Part shown: positions 1 to 9,335 of the stretch, one piece after another
Numbering within the stretch: the stretch's first letter is position 1
Layout: each line of letters opens with the position of its first letter
From: Promethearchaeati archaeon SRVP18_Atabeyarchaeia-1
GTDB lineage: Archaea; Asgardarchaeota; Atabeyarchaeia; Atabeyarchaeales; Atabeyarchaeaceae
Reading direction: 5' to 3'
Assembly (NCBI GenBank): GCA_037308085.1
Contig: CP147779.1
Span: forward strand, 2,016,001-2,080,000
DNA: 64,000 bases
Made by a program: the position numbers and the translations under genes
The notes under the pieces: model-generated
What the model was told of the DNA's origin: nothing
Seen by the model: the letters and a program-made list of their open reading frames with translations, nothing else
Database searches by the model: none

Positions 1-63
1 CAGTACCTGTGCCCGAGCCCCTATTTAAGGGCTTTTCCCCCCACCCTCCACAGCCAAAAACCC

Positions 64-840
64 CTACCTTCGGCGCCCACCCGGCGGCCGGAGGCGCGCC
101 TCCCCAAGCTGCTTCGCCAGGTCACCCTCCTCGAGCCTATGGCCACATGACGGGCACTTCTCGTTGACGTGCAGGAACTCGAGCAGGTGCACCCTGTGCG
201 CAGCAGCCCCACAGAAGGGGCACCAGGCAAGCAGATCACCCTCCCCAAACCCAAGGTGGCAGACCATGCAGATCCGCAGCCCATCACCCTGCGCCACGGG
301 GGGCGCCGCCTCGGCCGCTTTGCCGGGCGAAGGCGGGGCTCCGACGCCCGCCGCAAGGTTTTCCCCGCAGCTCCAGCAGTAGCCGGCATCCTCGTTGGCT
401 GCGCCGGCGCCGCAGCGCGGGCAGGCGCGCCCCTGGACGGCAGCCTCATCCGCCTTGGAGGGCGCTCCCCAGCGCTCAAGCTCAAAGAGCTCCGCGCTGC
501 CCTTATCCGCGAAGAACATCCTCATCTGCTCGTACTGGTTTTTCAAACTCTTCTTGGTGTCCCCCACGACCAGGAACCTGGCGGCGCATCTGTTTCCGCC
601 GGAACCTGCAATGACCACGAAGACCGTGTCAAGCGTATCCCCGCCGCTCTCCGTGTATACCACACCTAACCTGCCAGACTCGTAGAGGCGGGTTCCCGCC
701 CGATACCCTGCGAGGTTGTTAAGCTTCCCATAGAATTGGGTGAAGGCGTCAATGACCCTGCTCACATCGACACCGGGCCTAAGCCTTAGGCTGACCTCCT
801 CCCACAGGGGCGGCTCCCTCGGAAATCGACCAATAGACAA
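64..840 (-). CDS. Unknown N-terminal domain + zinc ribbon + C-terminal RING-like finger protein
   Basis: CPRCG..CWSCG ribbon; CMVC-x12-CPFC-x4-HRVH-x10-CPSC; N-terminus resembles that of 9960..10811. Confidence 0.8.
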   Translation of the reverse strand: MSIGRFPREPPLWEEVSLRLRPGVDVSRVIDAFTQFYGKLNNLAGYRAGTRLYESGRLGVVYTESGGDTLDTVFVVIAGSGGNRCAARFLVVGDTKKSLKNQYEQMRMFFADKGSAELFELERWGAPSKADEAAVQGRACPRCGAGAANEDAGYCWSCGENLAAGVGAPPSPGKAAEAAPPVAQGDGLRICMVCHLGFGEGDLLAWCPFCGAAAHRVHLLEFLHVNEKCPSCGHRLEEGDLAKQLGEARLRPPGGRRR

Positions 841-1273
841 CTCTCACAACCCCTCTGTCAGAGAGTTAGAACAATGCAGAGATAAGGTTTGCCGTCTCCG
901 CCCTGCCGCCTGAACTCACCCTGCGCAGGCGACAAGCGCTTCGCGATTGCGGGCAATAAGCGGCGGACTCTGTATTACATTACCCCCATTGAGTGGCATT
1001 TCCATAAATGAAAGTATAGGGCTATTTGTAGAAGTTCATGGGAGAAGTCGGCGGATCACCCGAAACCTAATTAAATAGCCTGCTAATTATACAAACCGCG
1101 GTCTGCACTTATTGGCGCAGCCTAGGGAAGGGAAGCCTACCTGCGGTGGAAGCGCCAGGCCCACCCACAGGGAGACCTCAGTCCAAGTTGCAGCCTCTTC
1201 GAGGCAGCCGCAAACCATTATATGCACCCTCCAACGTACCTTCGAAGTAGCCAGCAGGTGAGAGGAAAGGGGG

Positions 1274-1948
1274 CTATCCAAGACGGCGAATAGGAAGGGG
1301 AAGGCCATCCCAGCGCTTGCCCTGCTTGCCCTAGTCTTTCTATCCTCCTCCGCGGTAACCACGTCGCGGGCTGCCGACTACACTAAGGTCGGCGTGAAGG
1401 TGGGGGACAGAGCAGACTATGCAACAGACTACTGGCAGGCTGACCGCCTGGCAATTGAGATCACAAGTGTAGTGGGGGCCGTGGTGTACGCAACGATGAC
1501 AGACTACTGGGCCAACGGCACAGTGGTGAACGTCAACACCTACCATGGCAACATCTCAGCCGGCGGCCTGGAGTTCCTCTACTGCGCAAACCTGCAGAAA
1601 GGCGACAAACTCTACGAAGGATCCACCGGCAAGTGGTTCAACGACACCTTCTCAATGGAGCTCGCCGGCGAGACGAGAACCGTGAACCTGCTGCTCCAAT
1701 TTGGCGATCACGCCTACTTTGATCAGGCAACTGGGATCTTAGCCAAGCTCGTCTCCCTGCCAGGCGAGTGGAACTACACCATGATCTCAACGAACATGTG
1801 GGGGCCTGGCATGGTGGATCCGGTGGCGCTAGCGATCGTTGGTGGAATCGCAGCGATAGCGACAGTGGTAATTGTAGCGGCGGTCAAACTCAAGAAGGCA
1901 GGGAAGTTCGGCGTAGCCGAGCCGACGTTCGGACCCAGGCGCCGCTGA
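1274..1948 (+). CDS. Membrane-anchored surface protein, ADYxKxGVKxGD family (paralog 1); start codon non-canonical or lost
   Basis: Frame is open from TGA 1259 and includes an in-frame signal peptide (IPALALLALVFLSSSAVTTSRA-ADY) upstream of the called GTG 1394; C-terminal TM plus basic tail; N-glycosylation sequons. Confidence 0.7.
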   Translation, partial: LSKTANRKGKAIPALALLALVFLSSSAVTTSRAADYTKVGVKVGDRADYATDYWQADRLAIEITSVVGAVVYATMTDYWANGTVVNVNTYHGNISAGGLEFLYCANLQKGDKLYEGSTGKWFNDTFSMELAGETRTVNLLLQFGDHAYFDQATGILAKLVSLPGEWNYTMISTNMWGPGMVDPVALAIVGGIAAIATVVIVAAVKLKKAGKFGVAEPTFGPRRR

Positions 1949-2209
1949 CCTGCTTTTTTGTGGGTTGGATCTGCCATCCATCACCACCTATTTTCCTTTC
2001 ATGAAGAGTAAAGGTCGGGGCTGACTCCTTGCAAGGAGCCCTCTTTCGTCTTTCAAAGACGCTCCAGTGGGCGCGATGAGAAAAAGCGGAAACCAAGCGG
2101 GGGCTAACGGCCCAACTGCGGAACCAAATCGTTTTATATAGGTGCTTCTAGACAATCTAGACAATCCTCATCATAAGATAACACAACTAAGGGGGATGCG
2201 TCGACTATC

Positions 2210-2830
2210 ATGTCTCGGATAAGTAATAAGGTCACTTTCAGTTTTGCATTAATCGCGCTCGTATTGTTCTCTTCGTCAATCATAGCCACGTCGCAGGCTG
2301 CTGACTACGCCAAGATCGGCGTCAGAGTAGGAGACAGAGCAGACTATTCCATCGCGAACCCTAACCACGACCGGCTACGGCTAGAAGTGACAGAGGTTAC
2401 AGGAGTCTTCGTTAATATCACCATCACAGACTACTGGTCCAACGGCACGGTGGTAGATTTTACCACTGCACGCGGCAACGTTTCAAACGGCGGATTGGCG
2501 GAGGTTCTGCTGTGCGGGGGTCTGCAGGCAGGTGACCTACTTTACCCAGGAGCAGGCATGTACTTCAATTACACCGTAAGCATGGAGATCGCTGGAGCAA
2601 TGAGAACCGTGAATGAGATCATTATCTCAGGCGACCAACACGTATACTACGATCAGGAGACCGGAATATTCGCCAAAATGGCTCACCCGGGTCACTCGAA
2701 CGTTACCATGATCTCGACAAACATGTGGAGACCCGTTGATCCAGTGGTGCTGATTCTCATTGGCGGCGGAGGCGCAGCGGTGGCGGCCATCGTGGTGGCG
2801 GCTATCATCCTTCAAAGGCGCAGGAAGTAG
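2210..2830 (+). CDS. Membrane-anchored surface protein (paralog 2)
   Basis: Signal peptide, ADYAKIGVRVGD, YYDQETGIFAK, C-terminal TM + RRRK; TATA-like TTTTATATA near 2132. Confidence 0.85.
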   Translation: MSRISNKVTFSFALIALVLFSSSIIATSQAADYAKIGVRVGDRADYSIANPNHDRLRLEVTEVTGVFVNITITDYWSNGTVVDFTTARGNVSNGGLAEVLLCGGLQAGDLLYPGAGMYFNYTVSMEIAGAMRTVNEIIISGDQHVYYDQETGIFAKMAHPGHSNVTMISTNMWRPVDPVVLILIGGGGAAVAAIVVAAIILQRRRK

Positions 2831-2886
2831 TAGATGAGTGGCGGCAAGCTGTGGAGCGAGCAGCCCCGCAAACTCCTCCCCTAGCC

Positions 2887-3180
2887 TCTTTTTTTCTGCC
2901 AATTCCTTCGCCGACAAAGGGGAGGAGCAACAGGCCAGCCTCGATTTCTACTCTATCTCCCCGTGGTCCTCTTGCAGACGTCGATCAGCTGTCCGCTATT
3001 CAAGGTGCACATTCGCGCTAGACATATGCGATGCGATGGTCTCCCATATAATTAGGCAGTGGGTCGAGGTACGGACACCTGCCGCCATTGATTCAGTTTA
3101 TTCGTCCCTTGCCGCCCGTTCTGAGGGCGAAGAGGTACATGTGGTGAGCCTCGTTGGCAAGAATATGGATCGAGCTGCAA
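2887..3180 (+). repeat. Diverged direct repeat, copy 1 (terminator, intergenic region and first 9 codons of an arrestin gene)
   Basis: Colinear with 4005..4307, e.g. GTTTATTCGTCCCTTG.CGCCCGTTC.GAGGGCGAAGAGGTACATGTGGTGAG..TCGTTGGCAAGAATATGGAT. Confidence 0.9.
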
Positions 3181-3201
3181 CCAGCATCCCCTGCCAGATA
3201 G
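3154..3201 (+). pseudogene. 5' remnant of an arrestin gene (MARIWIELQ..., stops after 15 codons)
   Basis: Matches MARIWIEMQ, the start of 4281..5402; TAG at 3199. Confidence 0.75.
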
Positions 3202-3337
3202 GCGCCCCCCCGAAGGAGGAGGGGGAGGAGAAGGCCGCTAAGCCAGCGAGCTGCAGCCTGAAGAGTATAAATACAGCCTACAACAAACATCGTAGGCAGC
3301 GCGAGCTGGAACACCAGCAGGAGGATGATGCGAGAGC

Positions 3338-3946
3338 GTGAACAGGAAAACAGCTTCAATCTTGGCTCTTCTGGCGACGCTACTTGTCTGTTCCACAATC
3401 GTGGCGCCCTCAACGGCCGCCGACTACTCGAAGATCGGAGTCAAAGTGGGTGATAGGGCAGACTACTCCATCCAATACGCCGAATGTGACCGGCTGCGGG
3501 TAGAGGTCACAGAGGTAACAGGGACCTTCGTAAACCTGACCTTGACCTATCACTGGTCGAATGGCACAGTGGTAGACCTTATCCATTATGCAGGAAACGT
3601 ATCAAGTGGTGACTTGGCAGACGCCGTGGTATGCGGGGGCCTGCAGGCTGGCGACCCACTCTGGCAGGGTGGCTACCTGTTCTTCAGTAGTACAGTCAAC
3701 TTGGAGATCGCGGGAGAAATGAGAACAGTTAATGACCACACCGATGGTGGCAGCCACTATTACTTCGATCAGGAGACTGGAATCCTGGCGAAGGCTGTGG
3801 CCCCAGGTGGCTCTAACTACACCATGATCTCAACGAACATGTGGGGAGCGGCTAACCCAATGGTGCTGATTCTCATTGGCGGCGGAGCGGCAGTGATCGC
3901 CCTAGTCGCAGCGATTGCGGTACTGGTGAGTAGACGCCGAAAGTAG
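3338..3946 (+). CDS. Membrane-anchored surface protein (paralog 3)
   Basis: Signal peptide, ADYSKIGVKVGD, YFDQETGILAK, C-terminal TM + RRRK. Confidence 0.85.
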   Translation: MNRKTASILALLATLLVCSTIVAPSTAADYSKIGVKVGDRADYSIQYAECDRLRVEVTEVTGTFVNLTLTYHWSNGTVVDLIHYAGNVSSGDLADAVVCGGLQAGDPLWQGGYLFFSSTVNLEIAGEMRTVNDHTDGGSHYYFDQETGILAKAVAPGGSNYTMISTNMWGAANPMVLILIGGGAAVIALVAAIAVLVSRRRK

Positions 3947-4004
3947 GACTCAGAGTCATGCCTAAGGAGAGAGACTCGAAACAACAATATCGCGCTCTTC
4001 TCCA

Positions 4005-4307
4005 TCTTTTTTTTCTGCCAGGTCCTTAGGCGGCAAATGGGAGGAACACCGGGCTAGCCTCAATGCTCAATGTGTACCCTATCTCCCTACGACCCTCTTG
4101 CGAACTTCGATCAGCTGTCTACGATTCGAGGCGCATATGCGCGCTAAATATATGTGGTGCGACGTTTTCCTGTATCATTAGGCGGCGGGGCCCAGATATG
4201 GACCTTTGCCTCCTTCGATTCGGTTTATTCGTCCCTTGTCGCCCGTTCAGAGGGCGAAGAGGTACATGTGGTGAGTTTCGTTGGCAAGAATATGGATTGA
4301 GATGCAA
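4005..4307 (+). repeat. Diverged direct repeat, copy 2
   Basis: Colinear with 2887..3180. Confidence 0.9.
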
Positions 4308-5402
4308 AAGCAAGTCTACTTGCTTGGCGAGGAGGTAAGCGGCATTGTGCACGCCTCCTTGGACAAGCCAATCTCCCAGAGAGGCGCCGCAATACATTTG
4401 ATAGGTAAGGAGAGGACCGAAATCAGCTACCAACAGGCGGTCCAGCCAGGTCATACCCAGCAAACGGGGATAGGGGCTGTAATCCAAGGCTACCAAAGAA
4501 CAGGTCAACCCACTAGTACCCAGCAGACGCGCACGGAAACTGCGGTCCAAGAGTCTGAGTTCTTGCATCAGGAATATCCGATACCCTTGCCGGTAGATGA
4601 GAAGGGAAAGTTTAGTCCTGGAGAGCACGCCGCCCCGTTCAAATTCATGCTGCAGCAAGGTTTGCCGGCAAGCTACGCGGGCCGCCATGCAAGAATCCAG
4701 TACTTAGTAGAGGCGAAGATCGACGTTCCTATGGGTATGGATGTGAGGCAGTCATCTCAGTTTACCGTCGCATCGGCAAATCTTCAGCCCCTCCAATCTG
4801 GACCGGTTACCGCCTACTCCGACTCTTGGGGAAACCCGCAGAGCGCTGGCATCAGCTTCACTATCGAAAGAAGCCAATACGGGAAAGGCGAAGTTGTGAG
4901 TGGCAAGTGCTCCTTCAGAAATCCATCCTCGAAAGACTTGAGGAAGATTGACATCCATCTTAGATGGGTCGAGACGGCAAGCGCTCAAAACCAGAGAGCC
5001 ACAACCGAGGTAATTAGACAGGATTCCCAAATCCCGGTAGGGGGCAGAGTGCTTCAAGGTGAGACACCCTTCAGCATAAACGTACCCGGGCAAGCCCCAC
5101 CTACCTACGAGGCAACACTCTCAAATGTAAGATGCATTTTGAGCGCAAGCATGGACATCGCCATGGGGCTTGATGTCGCTGCAAGCCAGACGATTAGTAT
5201 CGTCGAAAACGCGGGACCTGGGGCGCCTCCGCCTCCCCAACCTCCAGTCAGGCAAGGCGAAGTACCTTGGACAGGCCCAGCGCAGACTTATCAGCCAGCC
5301 AACTACCCCCAACCAGCCGGCGCAGGCGCTTATTGCCCACACTGCGGTGCTAGCATCAAATCAGGCGAACAGTACTGCCCCATGTGCGGCTCCAGATTAT
5401 GA
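4281..5402 (+). CDS. Arrestin-fold (N+C; arrestin/Vps26/SpoOM-like) protein with Pro-rich linker and C-terminal zinc ribbon
   Basis: Y..GEEVSG, PGEH..PFKFML..GLPASY.G....IQY.VEAKID arrestin_N signature; second half repeats the fold; CPHCG..CPMCG. Confidence 0.85.
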   Translation: MARIWIEMQKQVYLLGEEVSGIVHASLDKPISQRGAAIHLIGKERTEISYQQAVQPGHTQQTGIGAVIQGYQRTGQPTSTQQTRTETAVQESEFLHQEYPIPLPVDEKGKFSPGEHAAPFKFMLQQGLPASYAGRHARIQYLVEAKIDVPMGMDVRQSSQFTVASANLQPLQSGPVTAYSDSWGNPQSAGISFTIERSQYGKGEVVSGKCSFRNPSSKDLRKIDIHLRWVETASAQNQRATTEVIRQDSQIPVGGRVLQGETPFSINVPGQAPPTYEATLSNVRCILSASMDIAMGLDVAASQTISIVENAGPGAPPPPQPPVRQGEVPWTGPAQTYQPANYPQPAGAGAYCPHCGASIKSGEQYCPMCGSRL

Positions 5403-5700
5403 AGAACGGTGCAACGGCACATGGAGAATGTCGAGAAGGAGCCTCCAAGGGAATGGCGTGAACTCTCTTCGCTGATCCATCGGTTCACGGCGGCTGTGAA
5501 TAAGCAGCCATCTTCAGCTTGACCTGTGTCTCTTACTTTGGGTCCATGATTTCGTTGGCAGTTTGTGTGCTCTTTTATCGCTTTTGTCGGCGAGAAGCGA
5601 AATCTCCCCTGGCTCGGAGAGCAGGTCTAAGCATATGCTTAAATACGGGGGTGAGCCATACTCGGCTGCAATTCGAGATAAAGTGTGGAGCGAGTTTTCT

Positions 5701-6351
5701 GTGAGGAGGAGCCGAGCTTATTCGCTTGTAGCGCTCTCGATACTCATGGTTCTTGTGGCATCCACTACCCCTGCTGCCGCCGCGGACTACGCAAAGGTTG
5801 GCGTCAAAGTAGGGGACATTGCAACGTACAGGACGGCGATGTCGGGCTCAGCTGTTAACAAGACGGTGTTTCTCGTATATGGGATTGTTGGAACCTCCTT
5901 TTACATCAACTATACGTATTTCCTCCCGAACGGCGCAGTGTCTAGCCAGGGTCAACTTGTCGGGGACACTGTGACTGGGGGCATGTTGAATGTCTTGGTG
6001 ACGAAGAATCTGACGACTAATGACCGGATCTATTCTGGCTCACCGATAAAGATTAATGACTCGGGCATATTGATCTTCGGTGGTATGTCTAGAATCATCA
6101 ACCATGCGAGGATTTCCGGTGGATTGTTTGAATTTTGGTGGGACAAGGACACAGGTCTCGTCGTCAAAATGAACCTCTACTCCGTTGCCTGGCTTAACTT
6201 AACTATGATTTCAACGACAGCTTGGTTTCCCGTGGCTCCCCCGGGCTTGTTCGATAACCCCTTAGCGTTGCCGCTTCTGGTAATGAGCGCTCTTGTAGTC
6301 GCGCTTCTTGTAGCGATACTTGTTGTAGCTAGACGCAAGAAGCACAGATGA
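5701..6351 (+). CDS. Membrane-anchored surface protein (paralog 4, more divergent)
   Basis: GTG 5701 precedes the signal peptide; ADYAKVGVKVGD, WWDKDTGLVVK, TM + RRKKHR. Confidence 0.8.
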   Translation: MRRSRAYSLVALSILMVLVASTTPAAAADYAKVGVKVGDIATYRTAMSGSAVNKTVFLVYGIVGTSFYINYTYFLPNGAVSSQGQLVGDTVTGGMLNVLVTKNLTTNDRIYSGSPIKINDSGILIFGGMSRIINHARISGGLFEFWWDKDTGLVVKMNLYSVAWLNLTMISTTAWFPVAPPGLFDNPLALPLLVMSALVVALLVAILVVARRKKHR

Positions 6352-6636
6352 GGCGAGTGCGGAATGCGCGCTCGAGGACTCTTTCTTGGAATGCTGTTAG
6401 TTTAACCTTCTCTGCCTGATCACCGTGCTGAGTTATGATAAGGTCATCATTCCAAAATCCCGAGAGATAGGTCACACTCCTGCTAAGCTTATCTGGCGAT
6501 ATGCTGAGGCAGCAAGAAAGAACGCGTGCGAAAAGGATGAAGCGAATAGATAATAGGAGAGAAGAGATCTATGACAACATGGAACAGTTTAAAGCCCTGC
6601 TAACCATGATAAGAATTCAAGTGTGAGGTTCTTGAA

Positions 6637-7755
6637 ATGTTGAAAAGTGATCCTGAAGATGTTTATCGTAAGCTGCGCAAGCACTTGGATGAGTTTCCGA
6701 TCGGTTTTCCTTCCACCAAGTCGGGTGTGGAAATCCGCCTTCTCAAGTACTTCTTTACGCCCGAGGAAGCGGAGATAGCGATGCGTCTCACTATTCTACC
6801 GCAAACGCTTGAGCAAATACACAAGCAACTTGAGAAGACAGGCCTTTCCATCGGCAAGTTAGAGCGCACCCTAGCTGAGATGGGGAGAAAGGGAAGCATA
6901 TACCTGGTGAAAGGCAGGGAAGGGAGCTACTACCTGAACGCGCAGCTCGCAATAGGAATGTATGAACATCAAGTAAACAGGCTTACCAAGGGATTCGTGG
7001 CGGACATGCACCAGTACTTTGACGAGTCTTTTGGAAAAGAAATAACGCGGCCCGGCAGCTCGCAGATGCGCATCATACCAGTAGACAAGAGTATCACCCC
7101 GGAGTACAAGGTTGAAACCTTCGAGAATCTAAAGAGTATTATTGAAGATTTCAGCGGGCCAATTAGCGTCGCTAACTGCATCTGCCGCCAAGGGAATGAT
7201 CTCATTGGGCAGCCATGCAAGCAAACCTCCCTCCGAGAATCCTGTCTCCAATTCGGATCCGCCGCACGAATGTACGTCGACGAAGGGCGCGGCCGGCTCA
7301 TAACAAAAGCGGAGACGCTGGAAATCTTGAAGAAGGCTCAAGAAGATGGGCTAGTCCTCGAAATGATGAATACGCTGAAACCAGCGGCCATATGCACCTG
7401 CTGCCGAGACTGCTGCGGGTACTTGACAACCGTCAAGAGACTTCCCCGCCCTGCCGAGTTCCTCCCGTCAAACTACTACGTGCAAGTCGACGCTGAGTCC
7501 TGCACAGGCTGCGAGACCTGCGTCAACGTATGCCCCATGGGCGCGCGAACCGTCAAGGATAACGTGTCGGAGGTCGACCTTGGGCGCTGCATCGGCTGCG
7601 GAGTATGCGTCCCCGCATGCACAGCAGGTGCCACCAAGCTGGTCAAGAAAGAGAAGATCATTGCCCCACCCAAGGACACATCTGCCATGTACATGGAGAT
7701 CCTGAAGAACAAGACGCAGATGAAGAGAATGGAAGCTAAGAAGGGAGACAATTAG
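6637..7755 (+). CDS. 4Fe-4S dicluster-binding protein (HTH-like N-terminus, Cys clusters, ferredoxin C-terminus)
   Basis: CICR, ICTCCRDCC, CTGCETCVNVCP, CIGCGVCVPAC. Confidence 0.85.
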   Translation: MLKSDPEDVYRKLRKHLDEFPIGFPSTKSGVEIRLLKYFFTPEEAEIAMRLTILPQTLEQIHKQLEKTGLSIGKLERTLAEMGRKGSIYLVKGREGSYYLNAQLAIGMYEHQVNRLTKGFVADMHQYFDESFGKEITRPGSSQMRIIPVDKSITPEYKVETFENLKSIIEDFSGPISVANCICRQGNDLIGQPCKQTSLRESCLQFGSAARMYVDEGRGRLITKAETLEILKKAQEDGLVLEMMNTLKPAAICTCCRDCCGYLTTVKRLPRPAEFLPSNYYVQVDAESCTGCETCVNVCPMGARTVKDNVSEVDLGRCIGCGVCVPACTAGATKLVKKEKIIAPPKDTSAMYMEILKNKTQMKRMEAKKGDN

Positions 7756-7928
7756 AGGCAAGTAAGAAGGCATCTCGCGGCTTCACCCATGATTTCAATG
7801 CATCTCAGAACAGCGAAGCTAGTCTTCTCGTCCTCAACAAAGCAATCATATTTCATTCCTTTGACGAAATTCAAAGCGCGTTTCATGTTCTCAAGGATGT
7901 CGCGGACGTAAATGGAGAGATCTCGCAT
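7752..7928 (-). pseudogene. hepT: Truncated HepT/DUF86 (HEPN) toxin
   Basis: MRDLSIYVRDILENMKRALNFVKGMKYDCFVEDEKTSFAVLRCIEIMGEAAR is a typical DUF86 N-half; ends at 58 aa with no RxxxxHxY motif; TGATG overlap with MntA. Confidence 0.8.
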
Positions 7929-8224
7929 CATACTGTGACTTCCTCACTTAGGATTCTGCTTCGCAGCTCAGGTCTAATATCTGCCCTGGGAATGAGGTCA
8001 ACCTTAACACCCAGAAGATCTGAGAGATAATTCTCAAGGCTTACTAGCTTGAGAAGGCTGACTGGCTCCTCGAACTCCACCAGAACATCGAGATCGCTTC
8101 CACTCTTCTGCTCTCCTCTCACATAAGAGCCGAAAATCCCGACGGACTTGACTTTGAACTCCTTCCTGAGAACAGGAAGAATTTCTCTGAGCCTCCTCTT
8201 CGCGACTTCAATGTCTACAAGCAT
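7928..8224 (-). CDS. mntA: MntA-type minimal nucleotidyltransferase antitoxin
   Basis: GIFGSYVRGEQKSGSDLDVLVEF motif; likely start ATG 8224 (MLVDIE). Confidence 0.88.
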   Translation of the reverse strand: MLVDIEVAKRRLREILPVLRKEFKVKSVGIFGSYVRGEQKSGSDLDVLVEFEEPVSLLKLVSLENYLSDLLGVKVDLIPRADIRPELRSRILSEEVTV

Positions 8225-8581
8225 AACGTCTACCCACCACGTTACAGTGGCAATGACGACCGGGTGCGCCAGAACACATGCTCTCCTATCGTCAATGCTC
8301 CTTATTTTAATTCCTGTTGAAATCTTCGTCCTTTCCTTGCTCATCCTGACTTAACCAAAGGGAAAAATTCGGAAGGAGCTCCCTCGAAAAATGTACGAAG
8401 GAGATGTTGGCCGATCCGCTTGTCACGGACTTGGAGGAGCAGGAAACCCGCGAAGGAAGCAGCTTCACAGTTGGATTCCTCAAAGATGCATGCTCTACCC
8501 TTCGTTGCATCGGTCGGTAATAGAATTGAGCGCGGCAACTCCTTGAGCCGACTTTCCCTCCTTAGCTACCGGCCGCCCTCT

Positions 8582-9322
8582 TCAGCACCGCCAGTCCATC
8601 CTCTTCTGCATCGCCGGCGTTCCCCTGGAGTCTAGCCTCGTTTTCACAACTCTGTCAATTACCTCGTCAACGTTGTCCTTGATCAGAGAGCCGTGTGACG
8701 GTGCGATCATCTTGATATTCTTCTTCCCGAGGGGGGCCAGGTATTTCTTGATGTTCTCCTTGCTGTATCCGAGGCCTTCATGGAGAACCATGATGTCGTG
8801 GACGAGCCTTTCGGTTGGCGATCCCGCTGCCTGCGCCGCCTTTTTCTGGCCCAGCTGCCCGAAGTAGTCTCCAGAGAAGAGGATCCCATCAGGCTGCAGC
8901 AGGTAGACGACGGTCCCAGTCGTCTCTATGGGGGCGTAGATGACTTCCATCCTCCGGCTGCCAAGCGGGATCGTTTCTCCGCCGTTTACCGGCGTTATTC
9001 CTCTAACCACCCCCATGAAGCCGAGCTGAACCTTGAGGAAGTTGTGTGCAACGACGCTGGCATTGTATGCCTCTGACACGTATTCCGGGAGCCCCCCAAG
9101 GTGATCAAGGTGCTCATGGGTAATCATTATGTGGGATGTTGATTCGAGGGAAACCATGTCGCCAATCAAGCGGAGAAACCCGTTCGCCAAGTAGGGCGTC
9201 CCCGTCTCGATCAGCACAGGGGCCTTGCCGGCTATAAGGAAGGAGGATACGGAGATCGAGTTCTCCGGCAGATACTCGGTTAGCCCAAATACGCCGTCGG
9301 CGATCTCGTAGATGTCAACCAT
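8582..9322 (-). CDS. MBL-fold protein, standalone FprA/ODP-like domain
   Basis: LIETG, THEHLDHLGG, LFSGDYFG, IAPSHG; no flavodoxin domain. Confidence 0.75.
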   Translation of the reverse strand: MVDIYEIADGVFGLTEYLPENSISVSSFLIAGKAPVLIETGTPYLANGFLRLIGDMVSLESTSHIMITHEHLDHLGGLPEYVSEAYNASVVAHNFLKVQLGFMGVVRGITPVNGGETIPLGSRRMEVIYAPIETTGTVVYLLQPDGILFSGDYFGQLGQKKAAQAAGSPTERLVHDIMVLHEGLGYSKENIKKYLAPLGKKNIKMIAPSHGSLIKDNVDEVIDRVVKTRLDSRGTPAMQKRMDWRC

Positions 9323-9335
9323 GCTTGCCGCCGCC

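Noticed and set aside
2838-3341. 167-aa ORF between surface paralogs 2 and 3
   Set aside because: Runs through a T-tract terminator and the duplicated spacer; frame not preserved in the second copy
5095-5110. PPTY (PPxY, WW-domain/Nedd4-binding motif) in the RING-less arrestin
   Set aside because: It lies at a structurally conserved position inside the C lobe (APLTF/APLTY in the paralogs), not in the tail where alpha-arrestin PY motifs sit; probably coincidental
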